DNA from: a bacterium
Lineage (GTDB): Bacteria; Zhuqueibacterota; Zhuqueibacteria; Residuimicrobiales; Krinioviventaceae
Reading direction: 5' to 3'
Length of the DNA: 64,000 bases
Assembly (NCBI GenBank): GCA_963674595.2
Contig: CAXXFV010000008.1
Location: forward strand, 96,001-160,000
Positions 20,106-29,252 of the stretch are shown in pieces. The notes below the pieces were generated by a model that searched no databases, was not told the DNA's origin, and saw only the letters and a program-made list of their open reading frames with translations. Within the stretch, counting starts at the first letter, position 1. Every line of letters begins with the position of its first letter. A program made the position numbers and the translations under genes.

Positions 20106-20210
20106 ACTCCTCAGATGATAACCCGAATGTCTGTGAGTCGCAATTTTAGTGATTTTGATTCAACATTCGGATTTTTTTTTCTGTAAGGAGTTGCCTGAAG
20201 AGTTTGGCAA
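20106..20210 (+). promoter_or_regulatory. Structured 5' leader or attenuator-like RNA element
   Basis: Nested stems ACTCCT-CAGA/TCTG-TA-AGGAGT and CCGAATGT..TGAGTC/GATTCA-ACATTCGG followed by a T9 run; small TTGCC/GGCAA hairpin before the RBS. Confidence 0.45.
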
Positions 20211-20228
20211 TTATACAGGAGGTATACA

Positions 20229-21332
20229 ATGAAAAAATTATTAATTTCTGTTATAATGATAACAATGATGCTTGTTTCATTTACGCAGGTTTATGCAGTC
20301 AGTAATGCTGCGGTGCTCTTTTTAATGATTTCACCAGGAGCCCGAGCTGCAGGTATGGGTGAAGCATTTGTCGCGCTCGCCGATGATGCAACTGCAGTTT
20401 ACTGGAACCCGGCAGGATTGGCGTTTCAGGACCAGAGAGAAATATCATTGATGCATGCAAACTGGTTACCTCAGTTTGGTGCTGATTTGTTTTATGATTT
20501 TGGGTCCTATATTCATCCTGTTGAGGGTTTGGGAACTTTTGGTTTTAATGTTACCTATTTAAACCTTGGGGAACAGACAATCACAGATGAAACAGGCCCG
20601 GAAGCACTCGGTACGTTTAAAAGTTATGAATATGCCCTATCTGCCACATATGGAACATTACTAGCTGAAAACTGGGGTGTTGGCCTTGGATTGAGATATA
20701 TTCGTTCAAATTTGTCAAGTGTTGGTATCGGTACTGCTCAGGGTGACGGAAAAGCAAATGCCTTTGCATTTGATCTTTCCACATTGTACAAAACACCGTT
20801 TCTGCCTAATCTGAGTTTGGGCCTTAACTTGTCAAATATGGGTCCCAAGATTACATATATCGATGCTGCACAAGCTGATCCTTTACCGACAAATTTAAAA
20901 GTAGGTTTTGCTTATAAAATTGTAAATTCAAAATATAACAAACTTACTGTTACCGGCGATATGAACAAATTAATGGTAACACCGCATAAAGATGGACAGT
21001 CCGACCCATTTTATAAGGCACTTTTTACTTCGCCTTGGACGACTCCAGATTCTGAATTATCAACAGAAACAGATGAAGATGGTAATCAAATTAACAAACC
21101 CGGGAAAAAGATTTTTAACGGAACGTTGAGTGGAGGAGCTGAATATTGGTATAGCGATATGTTTGCTCTTCGTATTGGATACTATTGGGATAAACCAGGT
21201 AAAGTAAAATATACTTCTTTTGGTGCCGGTATCCAATATAGTCTCTATCGTTTTGATTTTGGCTATGTTTCAGCCGGAGAGGGACATCCCTTACAAGATA
21301 CCATGCGTTTTTCTTTGACAATTGGGTTATAA
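20229..21332 (+). CDS. PorV/PorQ-family outer-membrane beta-barrel
   Basis: Signal peptide, then FLMISPGARAAGMGEAFVALADDATAVYWNPAGLA; alternating beta-strand pattern; AGGAGG RBS. Confidence 0.85.
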   Translation: MKKLLISVIMITMMLVSFTQVYAVSNAAVLFLMISPGARAAGMGEAFVALADDATAVYWNPAGLAFQDQREISLMHANWLPQFGADLFYDFGSYIHPVEGLGTFGFNVTYLNLGEQTITDETGPEALGTFKSYEYALSATYGTLLAENWGVGLGLRYIRSNLSSVGIGTAQGDGKANAFAFDLSTLYKTPFLPNLSLGLNLSNMGPKITYIDAAQADPLPTNLKVGFAYKIVNSKYNKLTVTGDMNKLMVTPHKDGQSDPFYKALFTSPWTTPDSELSTETDEDGNQINKPGKKIFNGTLSGGAEYWYSDMFALRIGYYWDKPGKVKYTSFGAGIQYSLYRFDFGYVSAGEGHPLQDTMRFSLTIGL

Positions 21333-21343
21333 AAACCAAATTT

Positions 21344-21379
21344 TAACAGGCAATAAAATTGATTTTTTATTGCCTGTTA
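21344..21379 (+). terminator. Hairpin after the porV-like gene (terminator or mRNA stabiliser)
   Basis: 15-bp inverted repeat TAACAGGCAATAAAA / TTTTATTGCCTGTTA. Confidence 0.7.
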
Positions 21380-21426
21380 CATTTTAATTCATCTGTTGGA
21401 TTCATGTGTTCATTTTGGATTGATAC

Positions 21427-24400
21427 ATGCGAAAATTAGTATTACTAAGAATTTATGCTGTCCTGTTTGTATGTTTTGTACTAAAAGTTCAGATCAGCTA
21501 TTCCAAACCGACTATTCTGCCAAAAATGACAACGATTGATCCTTTAAATGTTGTCAGTACCTTTTCAGAAGGCGGATTCAAAGATATTTCAACTCCCGAT
21601 ACTCTTAAAATTATGGCTTTGAGAGCAGAGTTTGTTCAGGATGAATTAGCCACAACAACAGGTGATGGCAAGTTTGATTATTCTTCAGACAGTGATTATA
21701 TTATAGATCGTCCTCCTCACAATAAAGTTTATTTTCAAGATCAATTACTGGCTCTTTCTAATTATTTTAAGCATATTTCAAACGGAAAACTTGTTTTACA
21801 GGCTGATGTTTTTCCTGAAGCATCGGAGCAGGCTTATTTGTTAAATCAAAATATGGTCTATTATTCCGGTGAGGAAGATGAAGAACTTAAAAATACTAGA
21901 TGGTCTGAACTTGTGAGGGATGTTTGCGAAATTGCCAAAGAACAGGATGATCTTGATTTTGCGAAATATGATGTTTTTGTTGTTTTTCACGCCGGTATAG
22001 GAAGCGATTTTGCTTTTGACTTTGATCCCACTCCCTATGACATCCAGTCTGTTTTTCTCGATTTTCAAACTTTAAAAGAAACTTTGGGCCAAAATCAGAA
22101 TGATTACAATGGCATTGACCTTGGCTCCGGAGTCTTTGTCCGCGAGGCAATAATTCTTCCTGAAATGCAAAATCAGGAAGAATATGATCTTGGATTGCTG
22201 GGCACAATGACACTGTTAATGGGAAGTCAGCTTGGCATGCCCAATCTTTTTAATACTGAAAACGGACGTGCCGGTATCGGCCGGTGGGGACTTATGGACC
22301 AGGGTTCCTATAATTTTCAGGGACTTGTTCCGGCAGAACCCTGCGCCTGGATGAAGCTGTATATGGGATGGGATACAGCCGTAACTGTTAGCAATGGTGA
22401 ATTGAGTGTCGGCAGCAATGTCACAACATCTGCACCGCACATTTTGAAAATACCCATAACATCTGATGAATATTTTTTAATTGAAAACAGACAAAAAGAC
22501 AGTAATGGTGATGGCGTTGCTTTTGGCCGTGACCAGGCCGGAAATCGTGCACAGTTTGATACGACGGGAAATATTTTAATTGAACCAAACCTAGGTGTTA
22601 TTACGTCAGTCGATGAGTATGATTTTGGTTTGCCGGGTTCAGGTATTCTTATTTGGCATATTGATGAATCTGTTATCCGGCAGAATCTTGAAGCAAATAC
22701 GATAAATAATGATATTAATCACCGCGGTGTTGACCTGGTTGAATGTGATGGCGCCCAGGACATCGGGTATTATTACTCTATGCTGGACGCTGCCTATGGC
22801 ACTGAAAGCGGAGATTATTTTGATCCATATTGGTCAGGGAATTTTTTCTCATACAATCGTTAACGAATCTGAAACGGTGGCGTTTTCTTCCCAGACAATA
22901 CCCAATAGCCGCGCTTATAACGGTTCAGATACCCATATTCGTATTGAAAATTTTAGCGCCAGGGATTCGGTGATGAGTTTTTCACTTTCATCGGATTGGG
23001 CACAAAATGGGTTCCCGCAATACGCAGGAAAAAAGATTTGTCAGGGCGGTTTAAAAATTGCTAAAATGGGCCAGGAATCGGTTATAATTGCCGTTACTGT
23101 TGATGGAAATATACTCGGCTGGACAGCTACCGGTGAAAAGATCATTCCCAATGATTCTCAAATTTCAGTTGATAATATCAACAATCAATCAGAAAATTAT
23201 GACTGGGCTTTATTAAATACCTGTTCCGATTCCATTCTCGTTGCTCCTGTTATTGTCGATTTGGATAGTGATGGGACCGATGAAGTTATTGTTGTTACAA
23301 AATCCGGAACCTTGACAGCATTTCAACTTTTAGACGCAGATAGTGACGGGCGTGCTGATATTGTTTTTGAAAAGGCCCTGGAAATAAACCCGTCTGTTCA
23401 TCCAATGGTTTTACAATCTAATGAGAATACTAACGTTGTAATCGGTGCCAATGACGGTTCTGTACACGTTGTTTCCATAAATTTAGACCTTGAACCTGTT
23501 GTTAATAGTTTTTCTGTTGCACAAACAAACATTTCCGGACTGGCTGCAACGGTTGATGAATCCGCTTTTGTTACGGCTTCAGCTTCGGGTGATATTTCAA
23601 GTTATTTATTGGACGGTACTTTATTATGGAATCGTCAAGTATTGGGCAATGGTTCGGATTTTAATATTTGTTCTGTTCAGCTTTATTCAAAAAATCAGGT
23701 GTACTATATTTTCTCCAATACGGGTGAATTTTACATATTAAACTCTTTTGGTGAAATAATTCAAAACAAGGCAAATTTAAATATTGAAGCCGGAATTCCT
23801 GCTCTTGGTGATGTTAATAAGGACGGGTATCCTGAGGTTTTGTTTAATACTAAAGGCCAACTTTGGGCCGTGTCAAATACCGGGATAACGTCTGCAAATT
23901 TCCCTGTCGATATTGATGAAGCGGTGGAACAATTTGCGGTACCGCCCTTGTTTATGCATGGTAAAAATAAAATTGCTTCAATTTGTTTTGCCGCCAACAG
24001 CAGCGGTCAAATAACCGCTGTTGATCAGGACGCCCGAAAATGTGATGGGTTCCCGTTAAGTGTTGGGCAGCAAATAAACGCCTCTCCATTGGTTGCGGAT
24101 ATTGATAAAGACGGAGATGTTGAGCTGGTTGCCATATCACAGGACGGATTTTTGTATTTATGGGACCTGGATTATTCAGCAGATGATTACGACATGATCT
24201 GGCCGCAATTTGGCGGGCGAACAGGACGTAATTTGTTCAACTATAAAAGCGATCTTGAACCTGTTGGTCAGGATAAAACAGGTGGTTTGCTGCCGTCTGA
24301 AAGTACGTTTTGCTACCCCAATCCTGCGGAAAACAATCGTACAAATATTCGTTATCTTTTAACATCCGATGCTGTTCGGGTGACTATAAAAATTTACGAT

Positions 24401-24571
24401 CTTGCCGGTGATCTGGTTAAAGAAATTGAGGCATCCGGAATAACTGCCGGAGAGCACGATGTTACATGGGATGTATCAGACATTCAAAGTGGTGCTTATA
24501 TCGCCAAAGTTGAAGCAGAAAATGAATCTGAAAAAAGTTATAAAATTATAAAAATCGCGGTGGTCAAGTAA
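21427..24571 (+). CDS. Secreted M6 (immune inhibitor A)-like domain + FG-GAP repeats + T9SS type A/FlgD-like C-terminal domain; split by an extra T in the T6 run at 22842-22847
   Basis: VVFHAG, WGLMDQGSYN, EYFLIENRQ, GILIWHID (M6-like); DLDSDG, DVNKDG, DIDKDG (FG-GAP); YPNP...IKIYDLAG...SGAYIAKV...KIAVVK (CTD); removing one T gives GNFSHTIVNESE and fuses the two ORFs. Confidence 0.8.
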
Positions 24572-24577
24572 CAATAT

Positions 24578-27500
24578 ATGAAAAAGTTAAAACTTATATT
24601 AATTTTTGGGATTATATTTAATTTTAATCAGGTTTTTTCACAAATTTTACCAGAATATACACATCCTGAACTGGACTGGTATACAATTCAAACCGAACAT
24701 TTCAAGGTGCATTACCATAATGGAGCAGAACGCACAGCCAGGATTGTCGCCAAAATAGCTGAAGACATTTATGCTCCCGTTACCACGATGTATGACTGGG
24801 AACCGGATGGTATTGTTCATTTTATTATCAAAGATTATGAAGATAATTCCAACGGCGGCGCTTTTTATTATGATAATAAAGTTGAAATCTGGGCGCCGCA
24901 AATGACTTTTATTTTACGCGGAACCAATGATTGGCTGCGCAACGTAGTAACACATGAATTTTCACATATGATATCTCTGGGAGCTGCCCGTAAACTGCCG
25001 CGTAAAATTCCGGCTTTTTATATGCAAATGATCGGCTATGAGGAAGAAAAACGTCCGGATGTTTTATACGGATATCCGAACATTATCGCTTCCTATCCTT
25101 TACCCATGACCGTTATACCTATGTGGCTTGCCGAAGGAATGGCCCAGTTTCAGGTGCCGGGACTTGATTATGATCGTTGGGACAGTCACCGTGATATGCT
25201 TATGCGAACGGCTGTGTTAAACAAAGAACTACACAGTTTTACCGAAATGGGTGTTTTTGGTAAAAACAGTCTTGGTAATGAGAGAACCTATAATTCCGGA
25301 TATGCATTTGTGCGGTATATCGCCCATAATTATGGTGCTGAATCGATTCCGGCTTTTTCAAAAGAATTAAGTAAATTTTTTCATTTCGGCATCAATGGTG
25401 CCTTAAAAAATGTAACAGGTTTTAGTGGAACCGAGCTTTACGGACAGTGGTGCAAACAGATTACGGAATATTATACAAAACGAGTTGAAAAAATTCGTGA
25501 ACATGAAATAAGCGGAGAAAACATTACACCCAAAGGCATTGGAAATGTTTATCCTAAATGGTCACCTGATGGGAAAACACTGGCTTTTTGCGGCAGTGAG
25601 TCACAACAATATTTAAGCTTTACGAATTTAAAATTATACAACCTTGAAAAAAAGAAATTTGATAAAATTAAAATCGGTGTAAACAGTCAGCTTGCCTGGG
25701 ATGCTAAAGGCAATCAACTTTATTATGTTAAAAGAAAAGAAAACAAAAACCACTCTAATTTTTTTGATCTCTATAAATATGATTTGACTGGGAAAAAAGA
25801 GAAAAAGTTGACATCCTCGTTGCGGAGTGTGGACCCGGATTGGTCTGCTGAACTGCGGCAATTTGTTTGTGTTGTGCAAAAAGATGGAACAGATAATCTG
25901 GTTGTTTTGGATGAAAACGGTGATAAAGTAAAAAATCTGACAAATTATAAAAACAGCCAGGGTGTTTATTCTCCGCGATGGTCTAAAGACGGACAGTTTA
26001 TTGTATTTTCCCAATCAAGAAAACATGGCCGGGACATAAAAAAAATAAATGTCGAAACCGGAGAAATTTTTAATCTTATCAATGATCAAAATGATGCACG
26101 TGATCCGGTGATCAGCCCGGATGGAAAACGCATATATTTCTCCTGGGACCGTACAGGTATTTTCAATATCTATAGTATGGATATGAATGGGCAGGACATA
26201 AAATTGTGGACAAATGTCACCGGCGGCGCCTTTATGCCGGATGTATCTGTTGACGGAACATTAGCCTATTCCAATTTTAAACATGACGGTTATAAAGTTA
26301 ATATTCTTGAAAATCCTGTTGAAATTGATCAACGTTTGGCTGAATATGTGAATGCCTCGGATATCGCACCTGAACTGCAAAATATAAAATTGGCCGAATT
26401 ACCGGAGAACCTGAAATCAGTAACGAATTATAATGATTTTACGACACCATCTTATGATACCACAAAATATGGTATGGAATACAGTCAGGTCAGTTTTTAT
26501 CCGCGAGTTATGGTTGATTCAAATCAGGTAAAACTTGGGTCCTATTTTTTTATGGGTGATATCCTCGATAAATACAATGTGTTTGGTGGTGCGGCTGTTA
26601 ATTCCCGTAAAGATATTGATGTATTTACTTCATTTCGTTATAATAAACTGGGTCCGTCGTTATTTTTGGAGCTATACGGGTTTACCAGAAATATTGAACA
26701 AAGTATTGAAGTGATTGAAAATTATAAAAAAGCACCCGTTGATATTCGGTTTTCAATTTTAGAAGCCTATTTGGGTTCGGATTTTTATATTAATAAATCC
26801 AACGGTCTTAAAATTTCATTGTCCCACCATCGTTCCACCAGTAAAATTAAAGACTTTTTCTTTCAAGGCGTGACATGGCGTTCGCCTTCAAATACTTATT
26901 TTGTCGGCAACCATGTTTCATTCCAGTATACCCTGGATCAATTACCGGGCTTACCTTATCCTGTAACGAACAGAACAGCAGGACGTTATTTAACCTTTAC
27001 ATATACCCGTGAATTTAACAAGTTTTTTGAGGACTTTGCCACCGATAATGAATATAATTCCCCACAGGAAGTATATACGGATTATAATTATAACAGGTTT
27101 GAACTGGAATGGCGGGAATATTTACCGGTTCCCTGGCATCATCACCATTCGTTTGCCATGAACCTTCACGCCGGAGTTGTTGACCGTTCCGTAGACAGTT
27201 TTTTTAACTTTTTTGCCGGTGGAATGCCGGGACTTCGCGGGTATCCGTTTTACAGTATTGAAGGACGGAAAATGCTGGTAGGAAGATTTACCTATCGTTT
27301 TCCGATTTTCGATCAAATGCAAAAATCTTTTTTACAATTTACAACAGACAAACTTTATCTCGGTGCTTTTTTCGATTATGGTAATGCGTTTGATAAAGAT
27401 TTTTCTTTTTCGGATTTTAAAAAGGATGCCGGTCTCAGTTTGCGTTTTTCAGCATTTTCATTTTTTGGAATGCCGACAGCATTCCAGTTTGAGTCGGCTT

Positions 27501-27589
27501 ACGGATTTGACAAAGTTACCAATGAGGGCCAAATTTATGGTGAAGAATGGCGACATTATGTAACGTTGTTGTTTGATTTTATTGATTAA
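24578..27589 (+). CDS. Outer-membrane protein: gluzincin-type peptidase domain + PD40/TolB-like propeller + Omp85-like C-terminal barrel
   Basis: HEFSH...WLAEGMAQ; repeats PKWSPDGK, PRWSKDGQ, PVISPDGK; GLRGY motif and amphipathic strands at the C-terminus. Confidence 0.75.
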   Translation: MKKLKLILIFGIIFNFNQVFSQILPEYTHPELDWYTIQTEHFKVHYHNGAERTARIVAKIAEDIYAPVTTMYDWEPDGIVHFIIKDYEDNSNGGAFYYDNKVEIWAPQMTFILRGTNDWLRNVVTHEFSHMISLGAARKLPRKIPAFYMQMIGYEEEKRPDVLYGYPNIIASYPLPMTVIPMWLAEGMAQFQVPGLDYDRWDSHRDMLMRTAVLNKELHSFTEMGVFGKNSLGNERTYNSGYAFVRYIAHNYGAESIPAFSKELSKFFHFGINGALKNVTGFSGTELYGQWCKQITEYYTKRVEKIREHEISGENITPKGIGNVYPKWSPDGKTLAFCGSESQQYLSFTNLKLYNLEKKKFDKIKIGVNSQLAWDAKGNQLYYVKRKENKNHSNFFDLYKYDLTGKKEKKLTSSLRSVDPDWSAELRQFVCVVQKDGTDNLVVLDENGDKVKNLTNYKNSQGVYSPRWSKDGQFIVFSQSRKHGRDIKKINVETGEIFNLINDQNDARDPVISPDGKRIYFSWDRTGIFNIYSMDMNGQDIKLWTNVTGGAFMPDVSVDGTLAYSNFKHDGYKVNILENPVEIDQRLAEYVNASDIAPELQNIKLAELPENLKSVTNYNDFTTPSYDTTKYGMEYSQVSFYPRVMVDSNQVKLGSYFFMGDILDKYNVFGGAAVNSRKDIDVFTSFRYNKLGPSLFLELYGFTRNIEQSIEVIENYKKAPVDIRFSILEAYLGSDFYINKSNGLKISLSHHRSTSKIKDFFFQGVTWRSPSNTYFVGNHVSFQYTLDQLPGLPYPVTNRTAGRYLTFTYTREFNKFFEDFATDNEYNSPQEVYTDYNYNRFELEWREYLPVPWHHHHSFAMNLHAGVVDRSVDSFFNFFAGGMPGLRGYPFYSIEGRKMLVGRFTYRFPIFDQMQKSFLQFTTDKLYLGAFFDYGNAFDKDFSFSDFKKDAGLSLRFSAFSFFGMPTAFQFESAYGFDKVTNEGQIYGEEWRHYVTLLFDFID

Positions 27590-27611
27590 CGTTGATAGAT
27601 GGGAGTAAACT

Positions 27612-28427
27612 GTGCGTTATTTAACTTTTATTTTTATTCTGGTTTTTTCTCTGGCCAATAAACCGTTTGCACAAGATAACAAGTGGCAGGAATTTATGTT
27701 GGCAGGGGCAAAGTATGATGTTAACAGTATGTCCACGAATGAATCGCAAAATTTGTCCGGAATGGAGAAAAAATCAATTAAAAAACCTGCACTAATGTCA
27801 GTTGTTGTTCCGGGTGCCGGGCAAGTTTATAACGGATCTTATTATAAAGGCCTGGGTTTTCTTGCTATTGAAGCCGTATCGTGGACGATGTATATCACCT
27901 ACAATAATGAGGGAAATGATATAGAAGACGAGTTCCATGGTTATGCCAATACCCATTGGAGTGAACAAGATTACTGGAAATATGTTGCCCATCATAGCGG
28001 TATTGAATATACCGGTACCACTGAAAATATTGAAGCTTTGCGTGTTGAAGAAGGCAAATTATTCAGTCATGGTTTGCATCGGGAGAAAGACCAGCAATAT
28101 TACGAAATGATCGGCAAGTATGATCAGTTTAACTATGGATGGGATGATTATGATAAGGATTTAATTGGTAAAACAGTTAAAGAAATGCAATCACTACGCT
28201 CATCAAAACGGTTATATTATGAAGGACGGCGGGATGACAGTAACCAGGCTTTTAAAAAAGCGACAACAGGTGCCACAATAGCCCTGTTTAATCACATTTT
28301 CAGTGCCCTGGAAGCTGCCTGGAGTGTTAATAAATATAACAAAACGATAACTGCTCAAATGAATATGGAACCATTACATTTTAATAATCAATATTGTTCG
28401 GCCTTAACATTACGAATGACATGGTAA
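27612..28427 (+). CDS. Secreted/membrane hypothetical protein (DUF5683-like N-terminal motif)
   Basis: Signal peptide; KSIKKPALMSVVVPGAGQVY; NHIFSALEAAW; ends in Trp. Confidence 0.6.
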   Translation: MRYLTFIFILVFSLANKPFAQDNKWQEFMLAGAKYDVNSMSTNESQNLSGMEKKSIKKPALMSVVVPGAGQVYNGSYYKGLGFLAIEAVSWTMYITYNNEGNDIEDEFHGYANTHWSEQDYWKYVAHHSGIEYTGTTENIEALRVEEGKLFSHGLHREKDQQYYEMIGKYDQFNYGWDDYDKDLIGKTVKEMQSLRSSKRLYYEGRRDDSNQAFKKATTGATIALFNHIFSALEAAWSVNKYNKTITAQMNMEPLHFNNQYCSALTLRMTW

Positions 28428-28432
28428 CTTTT

Positions 28433-29176
28433 ATGAAAGCTTTACAGTTTATTACTCTTTTGATCTTTGTCAATGTATGTTTGCTTTTCGCAGCAAGTCC
28501 GCAAAAGGTAAAATTGTCTTATCTGCCTAAAACAATATATACATCGGGATTTTCTTTAAATAATTCTCAACCTAAAAATATAGAGATAAATAAACCACTT
28601 ACAAAATCCAAGGGTAAAGCCTTTCTGCTTTCTTTAGTCGTTCCGGGTTTGGGTGAACATTATGCACAGGCATCTCATAAAACAAAATATTTTTTAGCTT
28701 CTGAAGCATTATTATGGTTGTCCTATGGGGGATTTGTGACATATAAGGATTGGAAAGAGGAAGATTATAGGACCTATGCCGCTTCTCATGCTCAGGTTGA
28801 TTTGGATGGAAAATCAAGCTCATATTTTATTGATGTGGGCAATTATGATAATATTGATGATTATAATGCGGAACAATTGAGGAACCGAAATTTACCAAAA
28901 TATTATTATGATACGGAAACCTATTACTGGAACTGGGAAAATGAAGCGCATCGCCAAAAATTTGATGATTTACGCATAGCCGCCGACACGGCACACAACC
29001 GGTCTCAATTTGTAATCGGCGCTATTATTGCCAATCATTTAATTAGTGCTATTGACGCTGTATGGTCTGTTTATAAATTTAACAAAACAAGTCAGGCAAA
29101 TATTGATTGTGATATAAAATTCGGTGATGGGATCATACAACCACATTTGAATATTCAGCTAACAGCCCATTTTTAA
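28433..29176 (+). CDS. Secreted/membrane hypothetical protein, paralog of the upstream gene
   Basis: Signal peptide from ATG 28433; KSKGKAFLLSLVVPGLGEHY; NHLISAIDAVW; ends in Phe. Confidence 0.6.
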   Translation: MKALQFITLLIFVNVCLLFAASPQKVKLSYLPKTIYTSGFSLNNSQPKNIEINKPLTKSKGKAFLLSLVVPGLGEHYAQASHKTKYFLASEALLWLSYGGFVTYKDWKEEDYRTYAASHAQVDLDGKSSSYFIDVGNYDNIDDYNAEQLRNRNLPKYYYDTETYYWNWENEAHRQKFDDLRIAADTAHNRSQFVIGAIIANHLISAIDAVWSVYKFNKTSQANIDCDIKFGDGIIQPHLNIQLTAHF

Positions 29177-29252
29177 AGAATAAGCTCATCTGTCATGTTT
29201 TAAAACTTTACTGTTAACGACAATTCCCCAATAATATTTTCATCATGTCGTC

